Positions 9,418 to 20,237 are shown, counted from the stretch's first letter. The stretch: DNA of 64,000 nucleotides from Syntrophales bacterium (GCA_963666365.2 CAXXNF010000001.1:192001-256000); one strand, 5' to 3'. Notes: generated by a model not told the origin, from the sequence alone. A program made the numbers and translations.

Positions 9418-11121
9418 CTATGCATGGTTGCTCCATGAAACAAACGTTTTCTCACCCTCGTAACTTCCGATCAGGATGAGTTCCGCATTCTCTTCAATAG
9501 GCGCCAGGGGGTCCGGATTGATCGTGATGACGCCGTTCTGATCCATGGCCACAACAGAACATTGCGTTGTCTCCCGAATCTTCGATTGAGTCAGGGATTT
9601 GCCGATCAGGTGGTGCGGCGCCTTCTGGCGGAATATATTCAGTCCTTCCGCCAGCATGAAGGTACCTTCATTTTTGTAGAAATTATAAATCGCATTGGCG
9701 CCTAAAGATGAGTATGACATGACGAAGTCTGCACCGGCGCGGTGCAATGTCGATACGTTGCGTTCCAGCGTCGCCCGGCTGAGAATTTGCATATCCGGTC
9801 GCAAACTCCTTAAATATTTTGTCAGATATATGTTCGTCGCATCATCGTGGGTAGTGATAATCGCTGCAAGGGATTTGTCGACAGATGCTTTCTTAAGAAC
9901 CGAGAGATCCGCCGCATCGCCGATGATCGAGTCTTGCTCCTCATCCCGCACATTACTCGACCTTTTTTCAATGATGCGATAGGGTGTTTCCTGCTCCTTA
10001 AAGCGTGCAGCGATGTTACGCCCCACCCTCCCGCCGCCGATGATCATGATCGGATTGGCCGACAGGTGATAACTATGATAAAAGGAGTAGACTTCGTTAA
10101 AGGCCGCGTGATTCTCCTCCCCACCTGCCATGACCAATACGCTGTTCCGGCTGAGGAGACTGTCTGCAGTGGGAATTTCAAACATTCCCCTGCTCCAGAT
10201 GCCGACTACGGTCACCCCGAAATTTTTTCTTATCTCACTTTCGGCAAGGGTTTTCCCGATCAGCGGGGTGCCGAAAACCGGGAATTCCACTATTACGAGA
10301 TTATCGAAACGGCCTATGATATTGCCGCGGCGGTCGCCGCCGACGGTCCATGCGGCAAGTGAGCGGGCAAGAATTTCATAGATCTGAAGCACCTTCGTAC
10401 TGCCCGCCATCTGCAGAATATCCTCCGAATAGGGAGAATCGGCAGTGGTAATAATAGGCACTTCCCCGCTCAACTCACGGACGGTAAAGGTGATATTTGT
10501 ATTGACCTCATCGGTGTTGGCGGCAACAACGAGGGCAGCATTTTCGACGCGCATTTTTCGATAGGTCGCCGGATCATCGATGTTTCCAACAGCAACGCGC
10601 ATGCCGGCATCATGAAGATCAAGGGCACGTTTGTAGTCCTCCTCGATAAGCACATAGGACTCTTGATAATCTTTCAATTTGTCGATCAGGGCCGAAGTTA
10701 CGGCATTGTAGGCGGTGATGATAATGTGACCTCTGGTTTCCGGCGGCAGTTCGCGGGGCGCACGGCTTCTTGCCTCGGCCTCAATCCAGGGCGCATAGAA
10801 AAACTTGATGAAGGTAAAGGGAAGAAGCGTGAGAAAAAAGATAACTCCGGAAATAAGAACCACGATAGAAAAGGCGCGGCCAAGATCAGAATTGAAAGTA
10901 ATGTCTCCGAACCCCAGGGTGGTCATTACCGTAAGCGTCCAGTAAAAACCTGTAATCCAGGAGTAGCTTCTCCCTTCAAGGGCCATCAGGCCGTGAAAAA
11001 TAACACTGTAAAGCGTTACCATGGCGGCCATGGCGCCAATGAATTTCAGCAGCAGACGCACATTACGTTTCGTATTTTCGCTGTACAGAATAGTGCTCAG
11101 TATGGCAGGTCCGTACTTCAC
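9418..11121 (-). CDS. Potassium channel protein with TrkA/RCK domains
   Basis: Filter TTLGFGD, two TM helices, tandem RCK domains (IIGGGRVG). Confidence 0.92.
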   Translation of the reverse strand: MKYGPAILSTILYSENTKRNVRLLLKFIGAMAAMVTLYSVIFHGLMALEGRSYSWITGFYWTLTVMTTLGFGDITFNSDLGRAFSIVVLISGVIFFLTLLPFTFIKFFYAPWIEAEARSRAPRELPPETRGHIIITAYNAVTSALIDKLKDYQESYVLIEEDYKRALDLHDAGMRVAVGNIDDPATYRKMRVENAALVVAANTDEVNTNITFTVRELSGEVPIITTADSPYSEDILQMAGSTKVLQIYEILARSLAAWTVGGDRRGNIIGRFDNLVIVEFPVFGTPLIGKTLAESEIRKNFGVTVVGIWSRGMFEIPTADSLLSRNSVLVMAGGEENHAAFNEVYSFYHSYHLSANPIMIIGGGRVGRNIAARFKEQETPYRIIEKRSSNVRDEEQDSIIGDAADLSVLKKASVDKSLAAIITTHDDATNIYLTKYLRSLRPDMQILSRATLERNVSTLHRAGADFVMSYSSLGANAIYNFYKNEGTFMLAEGLNIFRQKAPHHLIGKSLTQSKIRETTQCSVVAMDQNGVITINPDPLAPIEENAELILIGSYEGEKTFVSWSNHA

Positions 11122-11200
11122 CGCACACTCCGATCATTGCAACATTCCAGGGGTGCGTAACGCACACTGTGGATTACGCACCCTGACCCCGGAACCGGCC

Positions 11201-12358
11201 TTACAGGCAGAGTTGCAGCACCTTGCTCACCGTCTCGGGCGTCACGTCCCGCCGCTCGCCGAGGGTGACCATTCCATGCTTCTCCAACTGCGTCACCACC
11301 CGGGGTATGCCGTCGGCGCCGATACCGTAGTCGCTCAGGCGCGTCTTTACCCCGAGATGTTCAAAAAACTCCCGCGTTTTTTCCACAGCCCCGTCGATTC
11401 GGGCATCCTCATCACCTTCCTTCAACCCCCAGACGCGTTCGGCGTACTGCAACAGCTTCTCCCGCTTCTCTTCTCTCCTCACTTTCAGCATGGCCGGAAG
11501 GACGATTGCCAGGGTCTGTCCATGATCCAGGCCGTAGAGTGCCGTAATCTCGTGACCCACCATGTGGGTTGCCCAATCCTGAGGGACACCTACGGCGATG
11601 AGTCCGTTGAGGCCCAGTGTGGCGCACCACATCAGATTGGACCGTACATCGTAATCTTCCGGCGTCTGAAGCGCCTTGGGCCCCTCTTCTATCAAGGTCA
11701 GAAGCAATCCTTCGGCAAAGCGGTCCTGCACCTTGCCGTTGACGGGATAGGTAAGGTACTGCTCAGTGACATGGACAAAGGTGTCGACAATACCGTTGGC
11801 GATCTGTCTCGGTGGCAACGTATAGGTCTTTGTCGGATCCAGGGCCGAGAATTTCGGAAAGACCAGGGGATTGGCAAAGGGAAGTTTCGCCGTAAGAGAT
11901 TTCCGGGAAATCACGGCGCCGCTGTTCATTTCCGAACCTGTCGCAGGAAGTGTCAAGACCGTGCCAAACGGTACGGCACGAACAATTCCGGCACCATATT
12001 TCTCCAGAATAGTCCATGGTTCTCCTTCGTAGTGAACGGCCGCTGAGATGAATTTTGTGCCGTCAATCACCGACCCGCCACCCAGAGCAAGCAGAAAATC
12101 AACCTTTGAGGAACGGACCATCTCAACACAATTCATCAGCGTTTCATAGGTCGGATTCGGTTCGATCCCGCCAAACTCCGTCAGTTCGTATCCCTCCAGG
12201 GCCGCCGACACCTCATCGAACACACCGTTCTTCTTGACGCTGCCCCCCCCGTAGGTAATCAGGACCTTCGATCCCGACGGAATCTCCCTACTGATGCGTG
12301 CGATACAGTCCTTTCCAAATAAAATTTTGGTGGGGTTTTGATAACTGAAATTCAACAT
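11201..12358 (-). CDS. yqhD: Iron-containing NADPH-dependent alcohol dehydrogenase, YqhD-like
   Basis: NPTKILFG, YGGGS, GIEPNP, ALGGGSVID, LPATGSE, QDWATHMVGHE, GLDHGQTLA. Confidence 0.85.
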   Translation of the reverse strand: MLNFSYQNPTKILFGKDCIARISREIPSGSKVLITYGGGSVKKNGVFDEVSAALEGYELTEFGGIEPNPTYETLMNCVEMVRSSKVDFLLALGGGSVIDGTKFISAAVHYEGEPWTILEKYGAGIVRAVPFGTVLTLPATGSEMNSGAVISRKSLTAKLPFANPLVFPKFSALDPTKTYTLPPRQIANGIVDTFVHVTEQYLTYPVNGKVQDRFAEGLLLTLIEEGPKALQTPEDYDVRSNLMWCATLGLNGLIAVGVPQDWATHMVGHEITALYGLDHGQTLAIVLPAMLKVRREEKREKLLQYAERVWGLKEGDEDARIDGAVEKTREFFEHLGVKTRLSDYGIGADGIPRVVTQLEKHGMVTLGERRDVTPETVSKVLQLCL

Positions 12359-12519
12359 GCTCTCTCTCCTTTTTTGTGATACAAAAATTTTTATAGGCCA
12401 CGCAGTAATTTTCTGTCCACATCACCGACAATGGCTCAATGCATCACACAACTGTGCCGATAATAGTGGACAAGTGCACTGTGACCACAACCTACCTTCA
12501 TTGAACGGGGGGCGTCAAG

Positions 12520-13656
12520 ATGAAAATCGCACAGAAGGTATGGACAGAGGCCCGGGGCTGGGCTCTTCAGAAGGGCCCGGATATTGAAAATGCCGATCTG
12601 ATCTTAATATTTGCACCAGTTGAAATTTTAAAGCGGCATCATTTGTTTGAAGAGATCGCGCAAAGCTACCCGAGCGCTCATCTTTTCGGGTGTTCCACGG
12701 CAGGAGAGATATGCGGCGCCACCGTTTCAGACGACAGCCTCGTCGCAACGGCGGTCCTTTTCGAAAAAACGGGCATCAGGGGCGCACAATGCTTCTTTAA
12801 AGATGCTCCCGACAGTTATGAGGCGGGAGAAATGCTCGCACGGTCCATCCCTAATGAGGGCCTGCGCCACGTATTTGTTCTTTCCGATGGTCTCAGTATA
12901 AACGGAAGTGCCTTGGTAAGGGGCCTGACGCAGGCCCTTCCTGAAGGAGTGACCATTACCGGCGGTCTCGCGGGAAACGGAGACCGTTTTGAAGAAACCT
13001 ATGTTTTCTGTGACGCCACGCCGTCAAAAAATACCCTGGCAATTCTGGGACTATATGGAGACAGCATAAGAATCGGCTACGGCTCAATGGGCGGCTGGGA
13101 TCCTTTCGGACCGGAACGAATCATCACCAGGTCAGAGGGAAACCTGCTTTTCGAGCTTGACGGACAATCGGCATTATATATTTACAAGAAATACCTCGGC
13201 GCACATGCAGCGGGGCTGCCGGCCACGGGACTTCTTTTTCCTTTGAGCATTCGTACAAAAACCGGTGAAACGGGTATTGTGCGCACCATCCTTTCGGTGG
13301 ATGAACAGGAAAACAGCATGACTTTCGCAGGCGATATTCCTCAGGGCGCCTATGCCCGCTTTATGAAGGCAAATGTCGAACGGCTTATTGACGGCGCCAG
13401 CGCAGCGGCTGTCCGAAGTTGTGAAGGAACGGGAGGAAGCCCTCCAGAACTTGCGATTTTGATAAGCTGCGTCGGAAGAAAGCTTGTGTTAAAACAGAGA
13501 ACCGAGGAAGAAGTGGAAGCCATCCGTGAAGTGCTGGGCGGCAATCCTATACTCACGGGGTTTTACTCCTATGGAGAAATTTCCCCCTTCATGCCCGGCG
13601 CGCCCTGTACGCTTCACAACCAGACCATGACCGTCACCACATTTACAGAGGAATAG
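12520..13656 (+). CDS. FIST-domain signal transduction protein
   Basis: GCSTAGEI, SDGLSING, GGLAG, ISCVGRK, GFYSYGEI, LHNQTMT. Confidence 0.92.
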   Translation: MKIAQKVWTEARGWALQKGPDIENADLILIFAPVEILKRHHLFEEIAQSYPSAHLFGCSTAGEICGATVSDDSLVATAVLFEKTGIRGAQCFFKDAPDSYEAGEMLARSIPNEGLRHVFVLSDGLSINGSALVRGLTQALPEGVTITGGLAGNGDRFEETYVFCDATPSKNTLAILGLYGDSIRIGYGSMGGWDPFGPERIITRSEGNLLFELDGQSALYIYKKYLGAHAAGLPATGLLFPLSIRTKTGETGIVRTILSVDEQENSMTFAGDIPQGAYARFMKANVERLIDGASAAAVRSCEGTGGSPPELAILISCVGRKLVLKQRTEEEVEAIREVLGGNPILTGFYSYGEISPFMPGAPCTLHNQTMTVTTFTEE

Positions 13657-13663
13657 AAGCCAC

Positions 13664-16600
13664 ATGAAATCGGGTAAGATGCACAGCCTTCTGAAACGCC
13701 AACTGAAAAAATGCTTCGGTGATGCCTTCAGCATTCCGGAAGAGTGGCGAGGTTTTATCAATGCGGTCAACGACGCCTATCATGAATCGGACATGGATCG
13801 GAATATGCTGGAGCGTTCTCTGGAATTAAGCTCCCAGGAACTGCTGCAGGCCAATTCGGAAATGAGGGCGATTTTTGAAGCTGTTCCCGATATCTTCTTC
13901 AGAGTCGATATCTCGGGCACCATTCTCGATTGCAAGACAGGCAATATATCCGATCTCTTCGTTCCCCCTCAGGACTTGATGGGAAAAAAGATATACGACA
14001 TACCGCTCACCTCTGTGGCCAGGAAATTTCGCACGGCCCTGACGGATGCCCTGCACTCAAAAACTGCGGTAAGTTTTGACTATTCACTGGAGCTCCATGG
14101 GAGAGAACAGCATTACGAGACGCGACTGATTCCTCTTCTGGAGGACCAGGCCGTTGTTATTGTTCGAAATGTAACCGAACGCACGCGTGCAGAAAATGCG
14201 CTCAGGGAAAGCGAACGCAAATACCGGCTCCTCACCGAAAAAATGACCGATATCGTATGGATTGCCAACATGGATCTGCGCACAATCTATGTGACCCCCT
14301 CCGTGCAGGCGGTGCTTGGATTCACACAGGAAGAGCGAATGCAGCAGACCGTCGATCAGCAGTTCACCCCGGATTCTCTGGCTGTCGGGATGGAGGCGAT
14401 GGCCAGGGAGCTTGCCCTGGAAGAACAGGGAACGGCCGATCCCGACAGGACGGCAACCCTTGTGCTTGAGTATTACCACAAAGATGGCTCAACCCGGTGG
14501 ATGGAAACAATTATGAGCGGACTGCGCGACGAGGAGGGTACGTTGGTAGGTCTCCATGGCGTGTCCCGCGATATCACCAAGCGAAAGCGAGCGGAGGTAG
14601 CCTTGCGGGAAAGCGAGGCAAGTTACCGCCAACTCTTTGATAATGCACCGGCGGGGATATATCGGGTTGATTTCCGGACCGGCCGGTTGTTGCGGGCGAA
14701 TGATGTGCTCTGTGAATATCTCGGTTGCAGCCGAGAGGAGATACTACAGATCAACCCCTTTGATTTGCTCACGGAAGAAAGCAAAACACTGTTTCTGGCG
14801 CGCCTTAAAAACATGTCGCTCGGCAAAGAAGTACCGGAGGCGGTTGAGTATGAAATTGTGACAAAAAGCGGCAGAAAATTGTGGATTCACCTGCACAACA
14901 GGAACATCTATGACGCGGAAGGCCATGTGATTGCCGCCGATGTCGTTGCCCACGACATTACCGAACGGAAAAAGGCGGAACAAGCGTTGTATAAAAGCGA
15001 ACAGAAATACCGGATGGCGGCGTCTTATCATGAGCAGCTCAATACTATCGCCATTACCTTTACTGAATCGTTCGGCGCCCAGGAACTGTTAGACAAAATC
15101 ACCGACTCCCTTCTTCGTCTCTCAGGCGCCGTGGCGACTATGTTTACCGTGTATGACGACGCAACTCACACCTTGACTCCCGTCGCAGTGTCGACGGATC
15201 CCGTCGCAGGAGACATGCTTCATTCCGTCTTTCGCCCCCTGATGGCGAAACCCATACATTGCAGTGAAAATAACATGACACAAATGCGCACTCGGATTAT
15301 TTCGAGGCGAAAAAACCTCCATGAGCTTTCAGGCGGGGAAATACCCTGGGAAATTTCAGACATGGTCATGGACGCCGTCGGATGCCGGAGGCTCATTGCC
15401 CTGGCCATCAGCTATGCCGATGAGTTGTTGGGCATCTGTATCGCCTTTATTTCCAAAGACCGGCCGCTATTGCCGGACAACGTGCTGAAAACGTTTGTAT
15501 ATTTATCAGGCATGACAATCAAGCGCAACCGGGCGGAAGATTTCATCAGAAAAAGCGAAGAACGCTACAGAACAATCTTCGAAAGCACAGCGACCGCAAA
15601 TATTATCGTCGCGGAAGATACGACAATACTGATGGCGAATCACAACTTCGCCGACCTGGTGGGATATTCAAAAGAGGAACTCGAGGGGAAAATGAAATGG
15701 ACGGAATTGATTGTGTCTGAGGACATGAAACGAGTGAGGCTGAATCAAATGATGCGCCTGACCAATCAGACATTCGTTCCATCCACCTATGAGATCCATG
15801 CCAAAACCCGGGATGGTACAGTCAGGGAACTCTTCATGAGCGTTGCCGTCATTCCCGAAACAAGAGAAACTGTCGCTTCTCTGATCGATCTGACGGAAAG
15901 AAAAAAGCTTGAAACGCAGCTCATTCAGGCACAGAAGATGGAATCGGTGGGGCGATTGGCCGGCGGGGTCGCTCATGACTTCAACAATATGCTCAGCGTG
16001 ATAATCGGCAATACGGAAATGGCCATAACCCGCATTACACGAAACGACCCTCTGTACAAATCACTCCAGGACATTTTGAACGCGGGGAGGCGTTCCGCCG
16101 ATCTTACGCGGCAGTTGCTGGCCTTTGCCCGCAAGCAGACCGTCAGCCCGAAGGTAATAAACCTGAATGATGCCGTCGCCGGCATGCTGAAAATGCTTCA
16201 GCGTCTTATCAGTGAAAACATCGAACTGGGCTGGTATCCCGGTCATAATTTGTGGAAGGTATTGATAGACCCCTCTCAGGTCGACCAAATCCTGGCAAAC
16301 CTGACAGTGAACGCCCGTGATTCCATAAAAAAAACAGGGAGGATCTCTCTCGAGACATCCAACATCACGATTGACGGCACGTACAACCCTGAACGGCCGG
16401 AATGCGTCGAAGGTGATTATGTGGCATTGACGGTTAGCGACGACGGCTGCGGCATGGATAGGGAAACACTGCTTAACATATTCGAACCATTTTTCACCAC
16501 CAAAACTGAAGGAAAAGGCACCGGTCTCGGACTGGCGACAGTGTACGGCATCGTCAGACAGAACAACGGGTTCATCAATGTCTACAGTGAGCCGAACCAG

Positions 16601-17059
16601 GGTACCACGTTCAGGATTTACTTACCCCGGTACCGGGCGGAAGCTTCGGAAATCGACGACGAACCAAAGCTGGAGGTGCAGGGGGGCACGGAAACGATTC
16701 TGATCGCCGAAGATGACGAATCGGTCCTGGATCTGAGCAAGGCTATGCTTGAAGTGATGGGATACAGGGTACTGACGGCTAAAAGTAACACTCAAGCACT
16801 GCGGATTGTCAAGGATTATGACGGAAATATCGACCTGCTCCTTACGGATGTGGTGATGCCGCACATGAACGGAAAGGAGCTTTCGGAACTGATCAGGACC
16901 GTCAAGCCCGATCTGAAATGTCTTTATATGTCCGGCTACACGGCCGATGTTATTGCACATCAGGGAATTCTGGATGAGCACGTAAATTTTCTTTCCAAAC
17001 CATTTTCCCTGAAAGAACTGGCGGCAAAAGTCAGAGAAGTGCTGGATGGAATAAAATAA
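13664..17059 (+). CDS. Multi-PAS hybrid sensor histidine kinase/response regulator
   Basis: Several PAS/PAC repeats, H-box AHDFNN, N-box NARD, GTGLGL, C-terminal receiver (DVVMP..KPF). Confidence 0.95.
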   Translation: MKSGKMHSLLKRQLKKCFGDAFSIPEEWRGFINAVNDAYHESDMDRNMLERSLELSSQELLQANSEMRAIFEAVPDIFFRVDISGTILDCKTGNISDLFVPPQDLMGKKIYDIPLTSVARKFRTALTDALHSKTAVSFDYSLELHGREQHYETRLIPLLEDQAVVIVRNVTERTRAENALRESERKYRLLTEKMTDIVWIANMDLRTIYVTPSVQAVLGFTQEERMQQTVDQQFTPDSLAVGMEAMARELALEEQGTADPDRTATLVLEYYHKDGSTRWMETIMSGLRDEEGTLVGLHGVSRDITKRKRAEVALRESEASYRQLFDNAPAGIYRVDFRTGRLLRANDVLCEYLGCSREEILQINPFDLLTEESKTLFLARLKNMSLGKEVPEAVEYEIVTKSGRKLWIHLHNRNIYDAEGHVIAADVVAHDITERKKAEQALYKSEQKYRMAASYHEQLNTIAITFTESFGAQELLDKITDSLLRLSGAVATMFTVYDDATHTLTPVAVSTDPVAGDMLHSVFRPLMAKPIHCSENNMTQMRTRIISRRKNLHELSGGEIPWEISDMVMDAVGCRRLIALAISYADELLGICIAFISKDRPLLPDNVLKTFVYLSGMTIKRNRAEDFIRKSEERYRTIFESTATANIIVAEDTTILMANHNFADLVGYSKEELEGKMKWTELIVSEDMKRVRLNQMMRLTNQTFVPSTYEIHAKTRDGTVRELFMSVAVIPETRETVASLIDLTERKKLETQLIQAQKMESVGRLAGGVAHDFNNMLSVIIGNTEMAITRITRNDPLYKSLQDILNAGRRSADLTRQLLAFARKQTVSPKVINLNDAVAGMLKMLQRLISENIELGWYPGHNLWKVLIDPSQVDQILANLTVNARDSIKKTGRISLETSNITIDGTYNPERPECVEGDYVALTVSDDGCGMDRETLLNIFEPFFTTKTEGKGTGLGLATVYGIVRQNNGFINVYSEPNQGTTFRIYLPRYRAEASEIDDEPKLEVQGGTETILIAEDDESVLDLSKAMLEVMGYRVLTAKSNTQALRIVKDYDGNIDLLLTDVVMPHMNGKELSELIRTVKPDLKCLYMSGYTADVIAHQGILDEHVNFLSKPFSLKELAAKVREVLDGIK

Positions 17060-17207
17060 CATGTGTACGGGACGCTTCAGACACCGGTCATGGCGGCAGT
17101 AATCTCTTCATCATTAATCTTTTACGGATACGAGGCGTCAACAGTGAGGGAACCGTCCCCTCTTTCAGTCGCTGAAAGCGCCTGAATCTGAGGTCGTTTC
17201 CCCCAAG

Positions 17208-19268
17208 TCACGACTCCTCGACTTTTTCAATGCGGCACATAAAGTTTCGTCCCGACGCAGTGCCGATGACCGGATTGCGCCGATCGTCGTCGGTCATGAG
17301 ATTCAGACTGTAATCAGGCTTATAATCCCCCCACCCCCAGGCAATGCGAAGAACCCCACGGTGGATGACATTCGAAATCGCGGCCCTCATGCGCACCCGG
17401 CCGCGCGGCGTGGCAATCGTCACCCAATTCCCTTCACGGACGGCGTACTCTTGAGCGTCATCGGGATGGATGTCTACCACGCACCCTCGTTCCTGCTGCA
17501 AAAGGGACGGAATCATGCGGTACTGGGAATTGGTAAAACGCCTGTTGCGGGCGCCGCTGATCCCCAGGAGCGGATAGTGATCTGCCTGATCCATGAAGCT
17601 GACCGGTTCCTTTTCATGGCCGCGGGCGAAGGGAACCGGATCATGGCCATGGGCGCTCAACTGTACGGAAAAAAATTCAACCTTGCCGCTGGGCGTTCCG
17701 AATCCATTATCCTTGTACTTCTGATATTGTACCGGTTCGGCCATAATTCCCTCGGGATGTTCCCGCAGCATCGCCACGGTGATCCCCGCCGGTTCAAGCT
17801 GGTAATCGATCGCCTCTTCCGCAGTGCACCAGGGGAATTCTTTTTCCAGTCCGATACGCCGTGCCAGATCAAAGGTAATCTGCCAGTTCGGCCGACTGTC
17901 CCCTACCGGGGCAATCACCTGTTCCTGAATCCGCACAGGGCTTGAACGGACAAAGGCGCGGTTAAGCTGGGTGTGTTCAAAACAACTACCGGCGGGAAGA
18001 ATGACGTCTGCCATTTCTGCAGTTCCGTTCATGAACATATCGATCACCACGAGAAATTCCACCTTTTCCAGTGCCCGTCTTGCCCGGCCTGCATCCATGA
18101 AGGTGACCGCGGGATTTCCCGACTGGACAATCAGGGTTTTAATCGGGTAAGGTTTTTCTTCCAATATGGCGTCAATCACGCAGGACTGCACCTGATTTCC
18201 CCAGTTGCTGTGGAAACGATTGAAAAGATGGTACTCCGCGGTAACAGGCGCAACGGACGCGGGAAGTCGCTCCCGCAATTGCAGATTCCGGTTCGGAACG
18301 GTCTGCGGGATGAGATCGCCGCCCATGATGTCCAGATTGCCGGTGAGGGCGCGCAACATGGCCACCGCCCGTGTGGCGTCAAACGATTCAAGCTGCATAT
18401 CCAGGCCGTTGCCATCAACAATACAGGCCGGTTTGATCGACGTGTACACCCTGACGGCTTCTTTGACCAACGCCCGATCCAGCCACAACGTGTCTGCAAC
18501 TTTTTCAATCGGGTAGTGTGCTGCCGTCTTTTTCAATTCCTCGAAACCGACGGTCCACTGTTCCACGAACTCGTGATCAAATAAATCATGGGAAATAATT
18601 TCATTGATCATCGCCATGGCCAGCAGGCCGTCATGGGCTGGTCTGATCTGAAGCCAGATGTCGGCCATCTCTGCGAAATGCGTTTTCACCGGATCGACCA
18701 CAATCAGCGTTGCCCCGTTTTTCTTTGCCAGAAGGATGCTCTCAGCCGCATTGGGCGCCGTATCCCGGTCATTTTTCCCCCAGATCAGCATGCATTTGGC
18801 CTGCAGCGGCTGGGGTATCGTCATGGCGCCGTAGACGGCGGTGTGGGCAAAATCACGCCCCACGAAGCATATCGATCCATTTCCGATGCTGTTGGGAGAC
18901 CCGTAGGCATTCATCAGCCGGTTCACATAGTCCCAGGGCGCCCCCCAGTCCGCCGCCATGCCTCGCAACCAGCATACCGATTGCGCGCCATACTCTTTCT
19001 TGCAAAAAAGCATTTGCCGGGCGACGCGATCCATCGCTTCGTCCCAGGACGCCTCTCTGAAGCCGCCGTCACCCTGTTTGATCAAAGGCGAGACAAGCCT
19101 CTCGGAAGAATAAATGATGTCGGCCGCAGCGCTGAGCTTCGGGCAGAACAGTTGCTGATCTTCGGCAAGTGCCGATTTTCTTCTGGCCGAGATCCATCTT
19201 CCTTCTGCAGTCTCCACTTCTATGGGACAGCAGGCCGAACATAAACGGCAGACAGAGTGCGTTTGCAT
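17208..19268 (-). CDS. Molybdopterin-dependent oxidoreductase (DMSO-reductase superfamily), cytoplasmic
   Basis: CRLCSACC...CPK Fe-S motif, ASWDEA, GSICF candidate metal-ligand Cys, GNLDIMGG, TAEMADVILP, TPSGKVEF, IHPDDA; no Tat signal. Confidence 0.9.
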   Translation of the reverse strand: MQTHSVCRLCSACCPIEVETAEGRWISARRKSALAEDQQLFCPKLSAAADIIYSSERLVSPLIKQGDGGFREASWDEAMDRVARQMLFCKKEYGAQSVCWLRGMAADWGAPWDYVNRLMNAYGSPNSIGNGSICFVGRDFAHTAVYGAMTIPQPLQAKCMLIWGKNDRDTAPNAAESILLAKKNGATLIVVDPVKTHFAEMADIWLQIRPAHDGLLAMAMINEIISHDLFDHEFVEQWTVGFEELKKTAAHYPIEKVADTLWLDRALVKEAVRVYTSIKPACIVDGNGLDMQLESFDATRAVAMLRALTGNLDIMGGDLIPQTVPNRNLQLRERLPASVAPVTAEYHLFNRFHSNWGNQVQSCVIDAILEEKPYPIKTLIVQSGNPAVTFMDAGRARRALEKVEFLVVIDMFMNGTAEMADVILPAGSCFEHTQLNRAFVRSSPVRIQEQVIAPVGDSRPNWQITFDLARRIGLEKEFPWCTAEEAIDYQLEPAGITVAMLREHPEGIMAEPVQYQKYKDNGFGTPSGKVEFFSVQLSAHGHDPVPFARGHEKEPVSFMDQADHYPLLGISGARNRRFTNSQYRMIPSLLQQERGCVVDIHPDDAQEYAVREGNWVTIATPRGRVRMRAAISNVIHRGVLRIAWGWGDYKPDYSLNLMTDDDRRNPVIGTASGRNFMCRIEKVEES

Positions 19269-19295
19269 GGAAATAGTCCTCCCTTTGATATAGGT

Positions 19296-20237
19296 TCAGC
19301 GTGTGGCCTTTATATAACAGCTTCTGATGTGCTCATAGTGGTTGGCGTGGGTCCGTATGTGCCACCAGAGCTGCCCCTCTTTTTCAATGTTCCAGGGTGG
19401 TTGCAAAATGTCATTCTCCCCCGCCAGGAGTTTCATGATATGCGCTTGTCCCCGCAAGGTGTAGGGCCCTTCACTTTGTCCCCCCAGCCAGTTGTGTTCC
19501 GGCGCCGCCTCTTCGGACCAGGAAAAGGGATCGGAAAGCAGGAACTGCGCGTTCTCATCTCCGGTCACACGGTTCATCTCCTTTAGATGCATCAGAGGAT
19601 CGGGAACCTTATCCACCAGATTCAGCGAGGCAAAAGAAGATGCCATGTTCGCCCTGAAGGGCAGGGCCAGTGCGTCGGCAACAATAAATTCCGCCTTTTG
19701 ACTGTCCCAGTCTTCCGGTATTGCGAACTCGACAGTCCGGGTCAGCCATCCCTCTTCTTTCAGTGTGATGGTCCTGCGGCGATTCAGGAGAAGGTCTCTG
19801 GCCTCACGGATAAAGGCCCGCGCATTGTCCACCCCGATCACAAAGTCGCATTTACCCGTCATTTCAAAAGCAAACCGGCCGACGGCAGTCCCGACGTCAA
19901 TACAGATACCGGCATGGGGGCGCATCACCTCGCTCCAGCGCCGGTAGGCATCGGAACTGTTCTCCTCCTTCAGGAGATCTCCGTAGTGGCTCCAGAGATA
20001 GGACGACACCACGGCTGGGGTCTCATATTTGTTATGAAGGTATGCCTGCGAGGGGTGCAGTGCCGCATCGAGCAATGCGACGCCCTGTTCAATGCGATAT
20101 GCTCTGCCGCAGGCGGAACAGGTAAGGGCGCCCGTGAGAATATCGTCCCCCCGTTTCTCCTGAATCGCTTCTTTCAGCCGGTGTTCTTCCGGCAGGCACA
20201 CCGGACAGATCAGCAGCTCAAGCAACCGTTCCTTCAT
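19296..20237 (-). CDS. SAM-dependent methyltransferase with N-terminal Trm112-like Zn ribbon; resembles the OvoA C-terminal methyltransferase
   Basis: LLICPVC..LTCSAC..Y.I..GV; YETPAVVSSYLWSHYG; DVGTAVGRFAFE; NLVDKVPDP; SDPFSWSEE..NWLGG. Confidence 0.8.
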   Translation of the reverse strand: MKERLLELLICPVCLPEEHRLKEAIQEKRGDDILTGALTCSACGRAYRIEQGVALLDAALHPSQAYLHNKYETPAVVSSYLWSHYGDLLKEENSSDAYRRWSEVMRPHAGICIDVGTAVGRFAFEMTGKCDFVIGVDNARAFIREARDLLLNRRRTITLKEEGWLTRTVEFAIPEDWDSQKAEFIVADALALPFRANMASSFASLNLVDKVPDPLMHLKEMNRVTGDENAQFLLSDPFSWSEEAAPEHNWLGGQSEGPYTLRGQAHIMKLLAGENDILQPPWNIEKEGQLWWHIRTHANHYEHIRSCYIKATR

